Assembly (NCBI RefSeq): GCF_016903815.1
Contig: NZ_CP069973.1
From: Escherichia coli
Lineage (GTDB): Bacteria; Pseudomonadota; Gammaproteobacteria; Enterobacterales; Enterobacteriaceae
Strand: one strand, 5' to 3'
Length of the DNA: 64,000 bases
Both the position numbers and the translations under genes were made by a program. The notes under the pieces were generated by a model. It was not told the origin of the DNA. It ran no database searches and was given only the letters and a program-made list of their open reading frames with translations. How positions within the stretch are numbered: the first letter of the stretch is position 1; each line of letters opens with the position of its first letter. Below are positions 47,951-60,049 of the stretch, piece after piece.

Positions 47951-48814
47951 TCACTCTCCCTGCTGCTCCAGTGCATACTTATACAGCGCATTTTTCTTCA
48001 CGCCGTGAATTTCTGCTGCCAGCGCCGCCGCTTTTTTCAGCGGCAGTTCTGCCTGTAGCAGCGCCAGCGTGCGCAGGGCATCAGCAGGCAGGTCATCTTC
48101 CTGCGCTTTATGGCCTTCGACAATCAGCACCATTTCGCCTTTGCGACGGTTTTCATCTTCTTTGACCCACGCCAGCAGCTCGCCAACGGGCGCGCCGTGA
48201 ATGGTTTCCCAGGTTTTGGTCAGCTCACGCGCCAGAACGACGTAGCGGGATTCGCCTAATACCGCAACGATATCTTCCAGGCTATCTAACAGACGGTGGG
48301 TAGATTCATAAAAAATCAGCGTGCGCGGCTCCGCTTCAATGGCTTTTAGCGCATCACGGCGGCCTTTTGATTTGGCAGGTAAAAAGCCTTCATAACAAAA
48401 ACGATCGGATGGTAAACCCGCGGCGCTTAACGCAGTGATAGCAGCACACGGCCCGGGTAGCGGCACCACGCGAATCCCCGCTTCACGGCAGGTACGCACC
48501 AGATGGTAGCCAGGATCGTTAATTAGCGGCGTTCCGGCATCGGAAACCAGCGCAATGTTTTGCCCCTCTTGCAGCTTCGCCAGCAGCGTTTCGGCTTTTT
48601 GTTGTTCGTTATGGTCGTGCAGCGCAAACAACCGAGCATTAATCCCAAAATGTTGCAGCAATAAACCGGTGTGACGCGTATCCTCGGCGGCAATCAGATC
48701 AACGGCCTGTAATACCTCCAACGCACGCTGGGTGATATCCGCCAGATTGCCGATTGGCGTCGGTACAATGTAAAGCTGGCCCTGAGAATTATCCGCCGAT
48801 TGGTGTTGTTTCAT
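47951..48814 (-). CDS. rsmI: 16S rRNA (cytidine1402-2'-O)-methyltransferase
   Basis: 287-aa [53 protein letters not shown]... Confidence 0.92.
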   Translation of the reverse strand: MKQHQSADNSQGQLYIVPTPIGNLADITQRALEVLQAVDLIAAEDTRHTGLLLQHFGINARLFALHDHNEQQKAETLLAKLQEGQNIALVSDAGTPLINDPGYHLVRTCREAGIRVVPLPGPCAAITALSAAGLPSDRFCYEGFLPAKSKGRRDALKAIEAEPRTLIFYESTHRLLDSLEDIVAVLGESRYVVLARELTKTWETIHGAPVGELLAWVKEDENRRKGEMVLIVEGHKAQEDDLPADALRTLALLQAELPLKKAAALAAEIHGVKKNALYKYALEQQGE

Positions 48815-48878
48815 TGTGTCGTCCGTATTGCCGATTTAATATTGAGCATTGCGTAAAAAAAATATCACTGGATACATT

Positions 48879-50915
48879 ATGGTACCCTCAACATTTTCTC
48901 GTTTGAAAGCCGCGCGTTGTCTGCCTGTTGTTCTGGCAGCCCTGATTTTCGCCGGTTGTGGCACCCATACTCCCGATCAGTCCACTGCTTATATGCAGGG
49001 CACGGCGCAGGCTGATTCTGCCTTTTACCTGCAACAGATGCAGCAAAGTTCTGATGATACCAGGATCAACTGGCAATTACTCGCCATTCGTGCACTGGTG
49101 AAAGAAGACAAAACCGGGCAGGCGGTTGAGTTGTTTAACCAACTACCGCAAGAACTGAACGATTCTCAGCGTCGCGAGAAAACACTGCTGGCGGCAGAGA
49201 TTAAACTGGCGCAGAAAGATTTTGCTGGCGCGCAAAACTTGCTGGCGAAAATCACACCTGCAGATTTAGAACAAAACCAGCAAGCGCGTTACTGGCAGGC
49301 AAAAATCGATGCCAGCCAGGGGCGTCCTTCCATTGATTTACTGCGCGCGTTAATTGCTCAGGAACCGCTGCTCGGCGCGAAAGAAAAACAGCAGAATATT
49401 GACGCCACCTGGCAGACGCTCTCCTCCATGACTCAGGAACAGGCGAATACGCTGGTGATCAACGCCGACGAAAATATTCTGCAAGGCTGGCTGGATCTGC
49501 AGCGCGTCTGGTTTGATAACCGTAACGATCCCGACATGATGAAAGCCGGGATCGCCGACTGGCAGAAACGTTATCCGAACAACCCGGGCGCGAAAATTCT
49601 GCCAACGCAGTTGGTTAACGTAAAAGCGTTTAAACCAGCCTCGACCAACAAAATCGCCCTGCTGTTGCCGCTGAATGGCCAGGCAGCGGTATTTGGTCGC
49701 ACTATTCAGCAAGGCTTTGAAGCGGCGAAAAATATCGGCACTCAGCCAGTGGCGGCTCAGGTAGCTGCCGCACCTGCCGCAGACGTAGCAGAACAACCTC
49801 AGCCGCAAACCGTGGATGGCGTTGCCAGCCCGGCACAAGCCTCGGTTAGCGATCTGACCGGTGAACAACCTGCGGCCCAGCCGGTGCCTGTAAGCGCCCC
49901 GGCGGCAACCACCGCAGCGGTAAGCGCACCCGCGAATCCATCCGCAGAGCTGAAAATCTACGATACATCATCACAACCACTTAGCCAGATCTTAAGCCAG
50001 GTTCAACAGGATGGCGCGAGTATTGTGGTCGGTCCGTTGCTGAAAAATAACGTTGAAGAGTTGCTGAAGAGCAACACCCCGCTGAACGTGCTGGCACTGA
50101 ACCAGCCGGAGAACATCGAAAACCGCGTCAATATTTGTTACTTCGCGCTTTCACCGGAAGACGAAGCGCGCGATGCAGCGCGTCATATTCGTGACCAGGG
50201 TAAACAAGCGCCGCTGGTGCTGATCCCACGCAGTTCATTGGGCGATCGCGTAGCCAATGCGTTTGCGCAAGAGTGGCAGAAACTGGGTGGCGGCACCGTT
50301 CTGCAACAAAAATTTGGTTCCACCAGCGAATTACGCGCGGGTGTTAACGGCGGTTCTGGTATTGCTTTAACGGGTAGCCCGATTACTCCCAGAGCGACAA
50401 CCGACTCCGGCATGACGACCAACAATCCAACGCTGCAAACCACGCCAACCGATGACCAGTTCACCAATAATGGCGGTCGTGTCGATGCGGTGTACATTGT
50501 GGCAACGCCGGGTGAAATCGCTTTTATCAAACCGATGATCGCCATGCGTAACGGTAGCCAGAGCGGTGCAACGCTGTACGCCAGTTCCCGCAGCGCACAA
50601 GGCACCGCAGGCCCGGATTTCCGTCTGGAGATGGAAGGCTTGCAGTACAGCGAAATCCCGATGCTGGCAGGCGGTAATCTGCCGTTAATGCAGCAGGCGC
50701 TCAGCGCGGTGAACAACGATTATTCGCTGGCTCGCATGTATGCGATGGGCGTCGATGCCTGGTCGTTGGCAAATCATTTCTCACAAATGCGCCAGGTTCA
50801 GGGTTTTGAAATCAACGGTAATACCGGAAGTCTGACGGCTAACCCGGATTGCGTGATTAACAGGAAGTTATCATGGCTACAGTACCAACAAGGTCAAGTA
50901 GTCCCCGCCAGTTAA
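48879..50915 (+). CDS. lpoA: outer-membrane lipoprotein activator of PBP1a
   Basis: ORF 48849..50915; [29 protein letters not shown]... lipobox LIFAGC; 678 aa; internal Pro/Ala-rich low-complexity linker. Confidence 0.9.
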   Translation: MVPSTFSRLKAARCLPVVLAALIFAGCGTHTPDQSTAYMQGTAQADSAFYLQQMQQSSDDTRINWQLLAIRALVKEDKTGQAVELFNQLPQELNDSQRREKTLLAAEIKLAQKDFAGAQNLLAKITPADLEQNQQARYWQAKIDASQGRPSIDLLRALIAQEPLLGAKEKQQNIDATWQTLSSMTQEQANTLVINADENILQGWLDLQRVWFDNRNDPDMMKAGIADWQKRYPNNPGAKILPTQLVNVKAFKPASTNKIALLLPLNGQAAVFGRTIQQGFEAAKNIGTQPVAAQVAAAPAADVAEQPQPQTVDGVASPAQASVSDLTGEQPAAQPVPVSAPAATTAAVSAPANPSAELKIYDTSSQPLSQILSQVQQDGASIVVGPLLKNNVEELLKSNTPLNVLALNQPENIENRVNICYFALSPEDEARDAARHIRDQGKQAPLVLIPRSSLGDRVANAFAQEWQKLGGGTVLQQKFGSTSELRAGVNGGSGIALTGSPITPRATTDSGMTTNNPTLQTTPTDDQFTNNGGRVDAVYIVATPGEIAFIKPMIAMRNGSQSGATLYASSRSAQGTAGPDFRLEMEGLQYSEIPMLAGGNLPLMQQALSAVNNDYSLARMYAMGVDAWSLANHFSQMRQVQGFEINGNTGSLTANPDCVINRKLSWLQYQQGQVVPAS

Positions 50916-51268
50916 CCACCAAACAGACCGGCGATGCGTGGGAAGCACAAGCGCGTCGCTGGCTGGAAGGCAAAGGACTGCGGTTTATCGCCGCTAACGT
51001 GAACGAGCGTGGCGGCGAGATCGATCTGATAATGCGTGAAGGCCGGACCACCGTTTTTGTCGAGGTGCGTTACCGCCGCTCTGCGCTTTATGGCGGCGCG
51101 GCAGCCAGTGTGACCCGCAGCAAACAACACAAATTATTACAGACTGCCCGCTTGTGGCTCGCGCGTCATAATGGGAGTTTTGATACTGTGGATTGCCGGT
51201 TCGATGTGGTAGCCTTCACCGGGAATGAGGTTGAGTGGATTAAGGATGCCTTTAATGACCACTCATAA
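50873..51268 (+). CDS. yraN: UPF0102 protein YraN (endonuclease-like)
   Basis: 131-aa [47 protein letters not shown]...; overlaps lpoA 3' end by 43 nt. Confidence 0.88.
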   Translation: MATVPTRSSSPRQLTTKQTGDAWEAQARRWLEGKGLRFIAANVNERGGEIDLIMREGRTTVFVEVRYRRSALYGGAAASVTRSKQHKLLQTARLWLARHNGSFDTVDCRFDVVAFTGNEVEWIKDAFNDHS

Positions 51269-51287
51269 TTAAGGTTTAAGGATTAGC

Positions 51288-51878
51288 GTGCAAGAAAGAA
51301 TTAAAGCTTGCTTCACTGAAAGCATTCAAACTCAAATTGCGGCGGCAGAGGCGCTTCCGGATGCCATCTCGCGTGCAGCCATGACGCTGGTTCAGTCTCT
51401 GCTCAATGGCAACAAAATCCTCTGTTGTGGTAATGGAACTTCCGCTGCCAATGCACAGCATTTTGCTGCCAGCATGATCAACCGTTTCGAAACGGAGCGG
51501 CCCAGCTTACCTGCCATTGCACTAAATACTGATAATGTTGTCTTAACGGCGATTGCCAACGATCGCTTACATGATGAAGTGTATGCAAAACAGGTGCGGG
51601 CGCTGGGTCATGCGGGAGATGTATTGTTAGCCATTTCCACCCGTGGCAACAGCCGCGATATTGTAAAAGCGGTAGAAGCTGCCGTTACGCGTGATATGAC
51701 CATTGTGGCATTAACCGGCTATGACGGCGGTGAACTTGCAGGTTTGTTAGGGCCACAGGATGTGGAGATCCGCATTCCTTCGCATCGTAGTGCTCGCATT
51801 CAGGAAATGCATATGCTGACGGTAAATTGCCTGTGCGATCTGATCGATAACACGCTTTTCCCTCACCAGGATGTTTAA
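51288..51878 (+). CDS. diaA: DnaA initiator-associating protein (SIS domain)
   Basis: 196-aa ORF from GTG; [61 protein letters not shown]... Confidence 0.9.
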
Positions 51879-51887
51879 GGAGAATAC

Positions 51888-52463
51888 ATGAAGGCATTAT
51901 CGCCAATCGCAGTCCTTCTTTCCGCGCTGCTGTTGCAAGGTTGTGTTGCCGCTGCCGTAGTGGGTACCGCTGCTGTAGGTACCAAAGCCGCAACTGACCC
52001 ACGCAGTGTCGGCACCCAGGTGGACGATGGTACCCTGGAAGTGCGCGTAAACAGCGCATTGTCGAAAGACGAACAGATTAAGAAAGAAGCGCGCATTAAT
52101 GTAACGGCCTATCAGGGCAAAGTGCTGCTGGTTGGGCAGTCACCAAACGCTGAACTTTCGGCTCGCGCCAAACAGATTGCTATGGGCGTAGACGGTGCCA
52201 ACGAAGTGTATAACGAGATTCGTCAGGGCCAGCCGATTGGTCTGGGCGAAGCGTCTAACGATACGTGGATCACCACCAAAGTGCGTTCGCAGCTCTTAAC
52301 CAGCGACCTGGTGAAATCGTCCAACGTGAAAGTGACCACCGAAAACGGTGAAGTGTTCCTGATGGGGCTGGTGACTGAACGTGAAGCGAAAGCGGCGGCA
52401 GATATTGCCAGCCGGGTAAGCGGCGTGAAGCGGGTAACCACAGCGTTTACGTTTATTAAATAG
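51888..52463 (+). CDS. dolP: dual-BON-domain outer membrane lipoprotein
   Basis: 191-aa ORF MKALSPIAVLLSALLLQGCVAAAVVGTAAVGTKAATDPRS...; lipobox LLQGC. Confidence 0.9.
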   Translation: MKALSPIAVLLSALLLQGCVAAAVVGTAAVGTKAATDPRSVGTQVDDGTLEVRVNSALSKDEQIKKEARINVTAYQGKVLLVGQSPNAELSARAKQIAMGVDGANEVYNEIRQGQPIGLGEASNDTWITTKVRSQLLTSDLVKSSNVKVTTENGEVFLMGLVTEREAKAAADIASRVSGVKRVTTAFTFIK

Positions 52464-52469
52464 CAGCCC

Positions 52470-52562
52470 TTGTAATGCCTGATGCGACGCTTGCCGCGTC
52501 TTATCAGGCCTACAACGATGCAAACTGTAGGTCGAATAACGCGTTTACGCCGCATCCGACAT
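52470..52562. repeat. REP palindromic elements
   Basis: gcctgatgcgacgcttgccgcgtcttatcaggcctac ... gtaggtcgaataacgcgtttacgccgcatccgaca. Confidence 0.8.
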
Positions 52563-52575
52563 GTTTTCCCTCAAA

Positions 52576-53616
52576 TCAAACCAACAGCGCCAGCCCGCCG
52601 ACAATCACACCTGACACTGCCACCATCGCCCCCGTCAGCCATAAGGCTTTCGCCGGGAACGCTTTACGCAACATAATCAGTGACGGCAAACTCACCGCCG
52701 GGAGCGTCATCAACAATGCCAGCGCCGGAGCGATTCCCATGCCTGCCAGCATCATCGTTTGTACAATTGGAATTTCTGCTGCCGTGGGAATGACAAACAA
52801 GCATCCCGCTACCGCCATCGCAATCACCCACATCAGGCTGTTATCGACAGCACCATCAGCATGGGGGAATAACCAGACGCGAGCGGCACCCAACACCAGT
52901 ACTGCAAGGATGTAAACCGGGATCGTACTCCAGAAAAGCGTCCATAGCGCCCTGCCCCAGCGGCTAAAAAATCCGCCCTGCGCTTCCGGTATGTCAATTT
53001 CGACCGGTGCCTGCGTTTGCGGTGTTTCACGCACCCATTTTTGCACCAGCGTCGCAATCAGCAACACCATCACCAGCCCCGCCACCAGACGAATCGCCGC
53101 AAACCCCCAGCCGAGGACAAACCCCATAAACACCAGCGTCGCCGGGTTTAACAACGGATTCCCCATCCAGAATGCCAGCGCACCGCCCATCGATACCTGT
53201 TGGCGACGCATTCCCGCCGCGACCGGAGCCGCACAGCAGGTACACATCATACCCGGCAGCGAAAACAGCGTTCCCAGCAGCGTGCCGCGAAAGCGCGATT
53301 GCCCAAGCGTACGCAGCAACCAGTCACGCGGGATCAGCACCTGAATCAACGAACCGAGGATCACCCCCAGCACCGCCGCTTTCCATACCGCGAGGAAATA
53401 GATCATCGTGTAATCCAACGCCGCCTGCCACGGATTAGCATCCGCCTGCGCAAGGATAGATTTACCGATACTGTGGGTTTCGGCAGCAGTAAACGCTTTG
53501 CCGTAGTAAGGTTGCCATTTCACATACCAGAGACCAGCAATGACAACGAGAAAGAAAAGCGCGGGTTTCCACCACTGAATGGGCGTTGCCGCCTGAGATG
53601 AAGACTGACCAGTCAT
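52576..53616 (-). CDS. yraQ: putative permease YraQ
   Basis: 346-aa polytopic ORF MTGQSSSQAATPIQWWKPALFFLVVIAGLWYVKWQPYYG... Confidence 0.88.
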   Translation of the reverse strand: MTGQSSSQAATPIQWWKPALFFLVVIAGLWYVKWQPYYGKAFTAAETHSIGKSILAQADANPWQAALDYTMIYFLAVWKAAVLGVILGSLIQVLIPRDWLLRTLGQSRFRGTLLGTLFSLPGMMCTCCAAPVAAGMRRQQVSMGGALAFWMGNPLLNPATLVFMGFVLGWGFAAIRLVAGLVMVLLIATLVQKWVRETPQTQAPVEIDIPEAQGGFFSRWGRALWTLFWSTIPVYILAVLVLGAARVWLFPHADGAVDNSLMWVIAMAVAGCLFVIPTAAEIPIVQTMMLAGMGIAPALALLMTLPAVSLPSLIMLRKAFPAKALWLTGAMVAVSGVIVGGLALLV

Positions 53617-53688
53617 AGCATTCCCCAGGAATAAGATATGATAATTGAGCGCGTGAATATTACGCTCGCTATCAATTCTTGGGAATAA

Positions 53689-54438
<750 letters not shown>

Positions 54439-54439
54439 T

Positions 54440-54949
<510 letters not shown>

Positions 54950-54970
<21 letters not shown>

Positions 54971-55393
54971 GTTACGTAGCCAGATCATTTTTTTACCAAA
55001 GCCCAGCGTGTTGTCGGTGAATTTGATTTCATCAAGCCGGATTTCCCACACCGGGGCCGACAGCATTCTGGCAACCGGAAAGCGACGATTGTACGCCTGG
55101 CGTGCGAGGTCGCTTTCCTCACCTTCAAGCCTGCGGATCTCGCCTTTAAATTGCATGCCGCGAATTAACGCTACCGTTTTCGGCTGACCGTTTACCGTTC
55201 CGGCAACTGCCGCCTGCGGCCCACTCATCTGCGCGTGGCGCGTTTTTTCTTCCGTCAAAATGTAGAAGGCGACTTTCTGCGCATCAAAAAGATAAAAGGC
55301 ATTAGCGCACCAGAGTTCCCCTTCCTGCTGCACACACCAGGTGACAACATGTTGTTTTGCCAGCCAACGGCTGATGGCGGTGAGTGTTTCCAT
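54950..55393 (-). CDS. yhbP: UPF0306 protein YhbP
   Basis: 147-aa [58 protein letters not shown]...; 3' end overlaps yhbO by 21 nt (convergent). Confidence 0.85.
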
Positions 55394-55442
55394 AGCTGTT
55401 CTCTTTTATACTGTGGCCTGACCTTAACATGCGACGCAGACG

Positions 55443-55745
55443 ATGACACCCTGGTTTCTTTACTTGATCCGTACCGCCGACAATAAGCTTTATACCGGGA
55501 TCACCACAGATGTCGAACGCCGCTATCAGCAGCACCAAAGCGGCAAAGGGGCGAAAGCACTGCGCGGGAAAGGAGAACTAACGCTGGCGTTTTCCGCGCC
55601 AGTGGGCGATCGTTCACTGGCACTACGGGCGGAATATCGCGTTAAGAAACTGACCAAACGGCAAAAAGAGCGTCTGGTAGCGGAAGGCGCAGGGTTTGCA
55701 GAGCTGTTGAGCAGCCTGCAAACCCCGGAGATTAAAAGCGATTGA
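55443..55745 (+). CDS. yhbQ: GIY-YIG domain endonuclease-like protein
   Basis: 100-aa [49 protein letters not shown]... Confidence 0.88.
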   Translation: MTPWFLYLIRTADNKLYTGITTDVERRYQQHQSGKGAKALRGKGELTLAFSAPVGDRSLALRAEYRVKKLTKRQKERLVAEGAGFAELLSSLQTPEIKSD

Positions 55746-56235
55746 AGTGCTCGTGATACTCAACCAGACCGGTTACGCCGTTCAGCGCGTCATCCGCTAA
55801 ACGATGTACCTGGAAGGCGCTTTCAGTGCCCGGCCAGCAGCAACGCAGATCGTGATGCGCCGCCAGCTCAAAGCCGAAACGACTGTACAGCGCCGGATCG
55901 CCCAGCGTCACCACTGCGGCATAGCCGAACTCATTAAGCGAATCGAGTCCTTCATAGACCAGTTGGCGTGCCAGCCCCTGTCCACGGTATTTTTCATCAA
56001 CCGCCAACGGTGCCATGCCGACCCATTGCAGGTCTTCGCCCTGCACATCAACCGGACTAAATGCCACATAGCCAATGACCTGACCTTCGTCATCTGTCGC
56101 CACCAGCCCCAGCGTCAGAAAGCCATCTTCACGCAGATCGTGAACCAGCTTCGCTTCCGCATCACTTTCGAATGAACGACGCAGCAGGGCATCAATACCC
56201 GGCGCATCAATGGGAATTTCTACTCGAATTAGCAT
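55732..56235 (-). CDS. yhbS: GNAT-family N-acetyltransferase
   Basis: 167-aa [64 protein letters not shown]... Confidence 0.88.
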   Translation of the reverse strand: MLIRVEIPIDAPGIDALLRRSFESDAEAKLVHDLREDGFLTLGLVATDDEGQVIGYVAFSPVDVQGEDLQWVGMAPLAVDEKYRGQGLARQLVYEGLDSLNEFGYAAVVTLGDPALYSRFGFELAAHHDLRCCWPGTESAFQVHRLADDALNGVTGLVEYHEHFNRF

Positions 56236-56753
56236 GGTTCACCTACCGATGTCTGTTTGGTTTCAGGCGCGGTTTTCATTCCCGCCTCAACAAAATCCGC
56301 CAGTTGCAGCAGCATCATGCGTAAGGCTTTCGGCATTTGCTCCAGTTCAATGGCGTCCATCAGGTTTTTCACATACAGCCCCAGCTCCGTATCGCCTTCA
56401 ATCGCCAGCCGACGCTGGAAGAAGAGCGTATCCGGATCTTGTTTACGCGCCGCAATCATCAGCAGATCGCTGGCGTCGGCACTAAAACTCACATCAGCTT
56501 GCGCGTTCTGGCTAACGACCAGTTTGCCATTCACCACCGAGGTAAACCATTGCAGGTCAATATCACGCACATGAATACTTAACCAGCGGCCTTCAAGAAA
56601 CTCCAGCTCGCCATCATCCAGCGCCTGACGGAATTGCCAGCTTAAGACCTGCTCAAGAACCTGGCGTTTTAGCGCAAATGGCGTCAGTTTTACCGGTACA
56701 CTCAACAGAGATGGCCCCAAATGCACAATACGGGAACGCAGTTTATCCAACAC
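56229..56753 (-). CDS. ubiT: SCP2-domain accessory protein of O2-independent ubiquinone synthesis
   Basis: ORF 56229..56777 (TTG); likely GTG start at 56753 giving 174 aa MLDKLRSRIVHLGPSLLSVPVKLTPFALKRQ...; overlaps yhbS start. Confidence 0.8.
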   Translation of the reverse strand: MLDKLRSRIVHLGPSLLSVPVKLTPFALKRQVLEQVLSWQFRQALDDGELEFLEGRWLSIHVRDIDLQWFTSVVNGKLVVSQNAQADVSFSADASDLLMIAARKQDPDTLFFQRRLAIEGDTELGLYVKNLMDAIELEQMPKALRMMLLQLADFVEAGMKTAPETKQTSVGEPC

Positions 56754-56961
56754 GAGTTTTACTCCCTGTTTCAACAATCATCCTATTTTGCCATATCAGA
56801 AAAATAACATAGCGGTATAAATCAACAATTCCATATGAAATTGCTGCTACCACCAATACAACTTTAACTGCCTTAAATCAAAAATTGTCGCAGCAAGGTT
56901 AACTAAAATCCCAGTTCGTTAACATTTTTGCGCTTTGATAGCGCAACCTTCAGGAAAAATT

Positions 56962-57957
56962 ATGGAGCTGCTCTGCCCTGCCGGAAATCTCCCGGCGCTT
57001 AAGGCGGCCATCGAAAACGGCGCAGATGCTGTTTATATCGGGCTAAAAGATGATACTAATGCCCGTCACTTCGCCGGCCTTAACTTTACCGAGAAAAAAT
57101 TGCAGGAAGCGGTGAGTTTTGTCCATCAACATCGCCGCAAACTTCACATCGCGATTAACACTTTTGCGCATCCGGACGGTTACGCCCGCTGGCAGCGCGC
57201 CGTGGATATGGCGGCGCAGCTGGGTGCCGACGCGCTGATCCTCGCCGACCTCGCCATGCTGGAGTACGCCGCCGAGCGTTACCCGCATATTGAACGTCAC
57301 GTATCGGTGCAGGCTTCGGCGACCAATGAAGAGGCGATTAACTTTTATCATCGCCATTTTGACGTTGCACGCGTGGTGCTGCCGCGCGTGTTGTCGATTC
57401 ATCAGGTGAAACAACTGGCGCGGGTCACGCCTGTACCACTGGAAGTATTCGCTTTCGGCAGCCTGTGCATTATGTCGGAAGGCCGTTGCTATCTGTCGTC
57501 GTATCTGACGGGTGAGTCGCCCAACACTGTGGGTGCGTGTTCTCCGGCCCGTTTCGTGCGCTGGCAGCAAACGCCGCAGGGGCTGGAATCCCGCCTGAAC
57601 GAAGTGCTGATCGACCGTTATCAGGACGGCGAAAACGCAGGTTATCCGACGCTGTGTAAAGGGCGTTATCTGGTGGACGGCGAGCGCTATCACGCGCTGG
57701 AAGAACCCACCAGTCTCAATACCCTGGAACTGCTGCCGGAGTTAATGGCGGCGAATATCGCTTCGGTGAAAATTGAAGGCCGCCAGCGTAGCCCGGCGTA
57801 TGTCGGCCAGGTGGCAAAAGTCTGGCGTCAGGCTATCGACCGTTGTAAGGCCGATCCGCAAAACTTCATACCGCAAAGCGCGTGGATGGAGACGCTCGGG
57901 TCGATGTCCGAAGGCACGCAGACCACCCTTGGCGCGTATCACCGTAAATGGCAGTGA
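56962..57957 (+). CDS. ubiU: U32-family protein UbiU (O2-independent ubiquinone hydroxylation)
   Basis: ORF 56935..57957; MELLCPAGNLPALKAAIENGADAVYIGLKDDTNARHFAGLNFTEKK... (331 aa); Cys cluster CIMSEGRC...C. Confidence 0.88.
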   Translation: MELLCPAGNLPALKAAIENGADAVYIGLKDDTNARHFAGLNFTEKKLQEAVSFVHQHRRKLHIAINTFAHPDGYARWQRAVDMAAQLGADALILADLAMLEYAAERYPHIERHVSVQASATNEEAINFYHRHFDVARVVLPRVLSIHQVKQLARVTPVPLEVFAFGSLCIMSEGRCYLSSYLTGESPNTVGACSPARFVRWQQTPQGLESRLNEVLIDRYQDGENAGYPTLCKGRYLVDGERYHALEEPTSLNTLELLPELMAANIASVKIEGRQRSPAYVGQVAKVWRQAIDRCKADPQNFIPQSAWMETLGSMSEGTQTTLGAYHRKWQ

Positions 57958-57965
57958 GAAGAGCA

Positions 57966-58844
57966 ATGAAATATTCCTTAGGGCCAGTGCTGTGGTACTG
58001 GCCAAAAGAGACGCTGGAAGAATTTTATCAGCAGGCCGCCACCAGCAGCGCCGACGTGATTTATCTTGGTGAAGCGGTCTGTAGCAAGCGCCGGGCAACC
58101 AAAGTTGGCGACTGGCTGGAGATGGCAAAATCGCTCGCCGGAAGTGGTAAGCAGATTGTGCTCTCCACGCTGGCGCTGGTGCAGGCATCCTCCGAACTGG
58201 GCGAACTGAAACGCTATGTTGAGAACGGTGAGTTTCTGATTGAAGCCAGCGATCTCGGCGTGGTGAATATGTGCGCTGAACGCAAACTGCCGTTCGTCGC
58301 CGGGCACGCGCTGAACTGCTACAACGCGGTGACACTGAAAATATTGCTCAAACAGGGCATGATGCGCTGGTGTATGCCGGTGGAGCTATCCCGCGACTGG
58401 CTGGTGAATCTGCTTAATCAGTGCGATGAGCTGGGCATTCGCAACCAGTTTGAAGTGGAAGTCCTGAGCTACGGTCATCTGCCGCTGGCCTACTCCGCCC
58501 GCTGCTTTACCGCGCGTTCGGAAGACCGCCCGAAAGATGAGTGTGAAACCTGCTGCATTAAGTATCCGAACGGGCGCAACGTGCTATCGCAGGAAAACCA
58601 ACAAGTGTTTGTACTCAATGGCATTCAGACCATGAGCGGCTACGTTTACAACCTCGGTAACGAGCTGACATCCATGCAGGGGCTGGTCGATGTGGTCCGC
58701 CTGTCACCGCAGGGTACTGACACTTTCGCGATGCTCGACGCCTTCCGCGCTAATGAAAATGGCGCGGCACCACTGCCGTTGACGGCAAACAGCGATTGTA
58801 ACGGCTACTGGCGGCGGCTGGCCGGGCTGGAGCTGCAAGCGTAA
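57966..58844 (+). CDS. ubiV: U32-family protein UbiV
   Basis: ORF 57948..58844; MKYSLGPVLWYWPKETLEEFYQQAATSSADVIYLGEAVCSKRR... (292 aa). Confidence 0.88.
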   Translation: MKYSLGPVLWYWPKETLEEFYQQAATSSADVIYLGEAVCSKRRATKVGDWLEMAKSLAGSGKQIVLSTLALVQASSELGELKRYVENGEFLIEASDLGVVNMCAERKLPFVAGHALNCYNAVTLKILLKQGMMRWCMPVELSRDWLVNLLNQCDELGIRNQFEVEVLSYGHLPLAYSARCFTARSEDRPKDECETCCIKYPNGRNVLSQENQQVFVLNGIQTMSGYVYNLGNELTSMQGLVDVVRLSPQGTDTFAMLDAFRANENGAAPLPLTANSDCNGYWRRLAGLELQA

Positions 58845-58850
58845 GTATAT

Positions 58851-58921
58851 AGCTCACTTTGTTAACAACTTTAACTACTCTTTAATGCAGTATTAAAGAT
58901 TAATCGGTAACAAAGTGAGCT
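58851..58921. other. nested inverted repeat (15-16-bp outer arms, 7-bp inner palindrome) in ubiV-yhbW spacer
   Basis: agctcactttgttaac (58851-58866) ... ggtaacaaagtgagct (58906-58921); inner ctttaat-gcagt-attaaag; AT-rich centre. Confidence 0.6.
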
Positions 58922-58924
58922 GTT

Positions 58925-59932
58925 ATGACTGATAAAACCATTCCGTTTTCGCTACTCGATCTGGCCCCTATTCCCGAAGGTTCTTCAGCGCGAGAAGCGT
59001 TCTCCCACTCTCTCGACCTCGCCCGTCTGGCTGAAAAGCGCGGCTATCATCGCTACTGGCTGGCTGAACACCACAATATGACCGGTATTGCCAGTGCTGC
59101 AACATCAGTATTGATTGGCTATCTGGCGGCGAATACCACTACGCTGCATCTGGGGTCTGGCGGCGTGATGTTGCCTAATCACTCACCATTGGTGATCGCC
59201 GAACAGTTCGGCACGCTTAATACGCTCTATCCGGGGCGAATCGATTTGGGGCTGGGTCGTGCTCCGGGTAGTGACCAGCGAACCATGATGGCTCTACGTC
59301 GTCATATGAGCGGCGATATTGATAATTTCCCCCGCGATGTCGCGGAGCTGGTGGACTGGTTTGACGCCCGCGATCCCAATCCGCATGTGCGCCCGGTACC
59401 GGGCTATGGCGAGAAAATCCCCGTGTGGTTGTTAGGCTCCAGCCTTTACAGCGCGCAACTGGCGGCGCAGCTTGGTCTGCCGTTTGCGTTTGCCTCACAC
59501 TTCGCGCCGGATATGTTGTTCCAGGCGCTGCATCTTTATCGCAGCAACTTCAAACCGTCGGCACGGCTGGAAAAACCGTATGCGATGGTGTGCATCAATA
59601 TTATCGCCGCCGACAGCAACCGCGACGCTGAATTTCTCTTTACCTCAATGCAGCAAGCCTTTGTGAAGCTGCGCCGTGGCGAAACCGGGCAACTACCGCC
59701 GCCGATTCAAAATATGGATCAGTTCTGGTCACCGTCCGAGCAGTATGGCGTGCAGCAGGCGCTGAGTATGTCGCTGGTGGGTGATAAAGCGAAAGTGCGT
59801 CATGGCTTGCAGTCGATCCTGCGCGAAACCGACGCCGATGAGATTATGGTTAACGGGCAGATTTTCGACCACCAGGCGCGCCTGCATTCGTTTGAACTGG
59901 CGATGGATGTTAAGGAAGAGTTGTTGGGATAG
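58925..59932 (+). CDS. yhbW: luciferase-like (LLM-class) flavin-dependent monooxygenase
   Basis: 335-aa [64 protein letters not shown]... Confidence 0.9.
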   Translation: MTDKTIPFSLLDLAPIPEGSSAREAFSHSLDLARLAEKRGYHRYWLAEHHNMTGIASAATSVLIGYLAANTTTLHLGSGGVMLPNHSPLVIAEQFGTLNTLYPGRIDLGLGRAPGSDQRTMMALRRHMSGDIDNFPRDVAELVDWFDARDPNPHVRPVPGYGEKIPVWLLGSSLYSAQLAAQLGLPFAFASHFAPDMLFQALHLYRSNFKPSARLEKPYAMVCINIIAADSNRDAEFLFTSMQQAFVKLRRGETGQLPPPIQNMDQFWSPSEQYGVQQALSMSLVGDKAKVRHGLQSILRETDADEIMVNGQIFDHQARLHSFELAMDVKEELLG

Positions 59933-59944
59933 TGTGTCTTAACG

Positions 59945-60045
59945 CGGGAAGCCTTATCCGAGCTGGCAACGCTGTCCTACGTAGGACTGATAAGCGAAGC
60001 GCATCAAGCATTGTGTAGGCAGCAGAAATGTCGGATAAGGCACCG
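59945..60045. repeat. REP-like palindromic elements (degenerate)
   Basis: ccttatccgagctggcaacgctgtcctacgtaggactgataagcgaagcgcatc ... gtaggcagcagaaatgtcggataaggc. Confidence 0.6.
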
Positions 60046-60049
60046 CTGA

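Noticed and set aside
57043-58335. 216-aa and 197-aa minus-strand ORFs
   Set aside because: Antisense to ubiU and ubiV; Arg-rich shadow frames.
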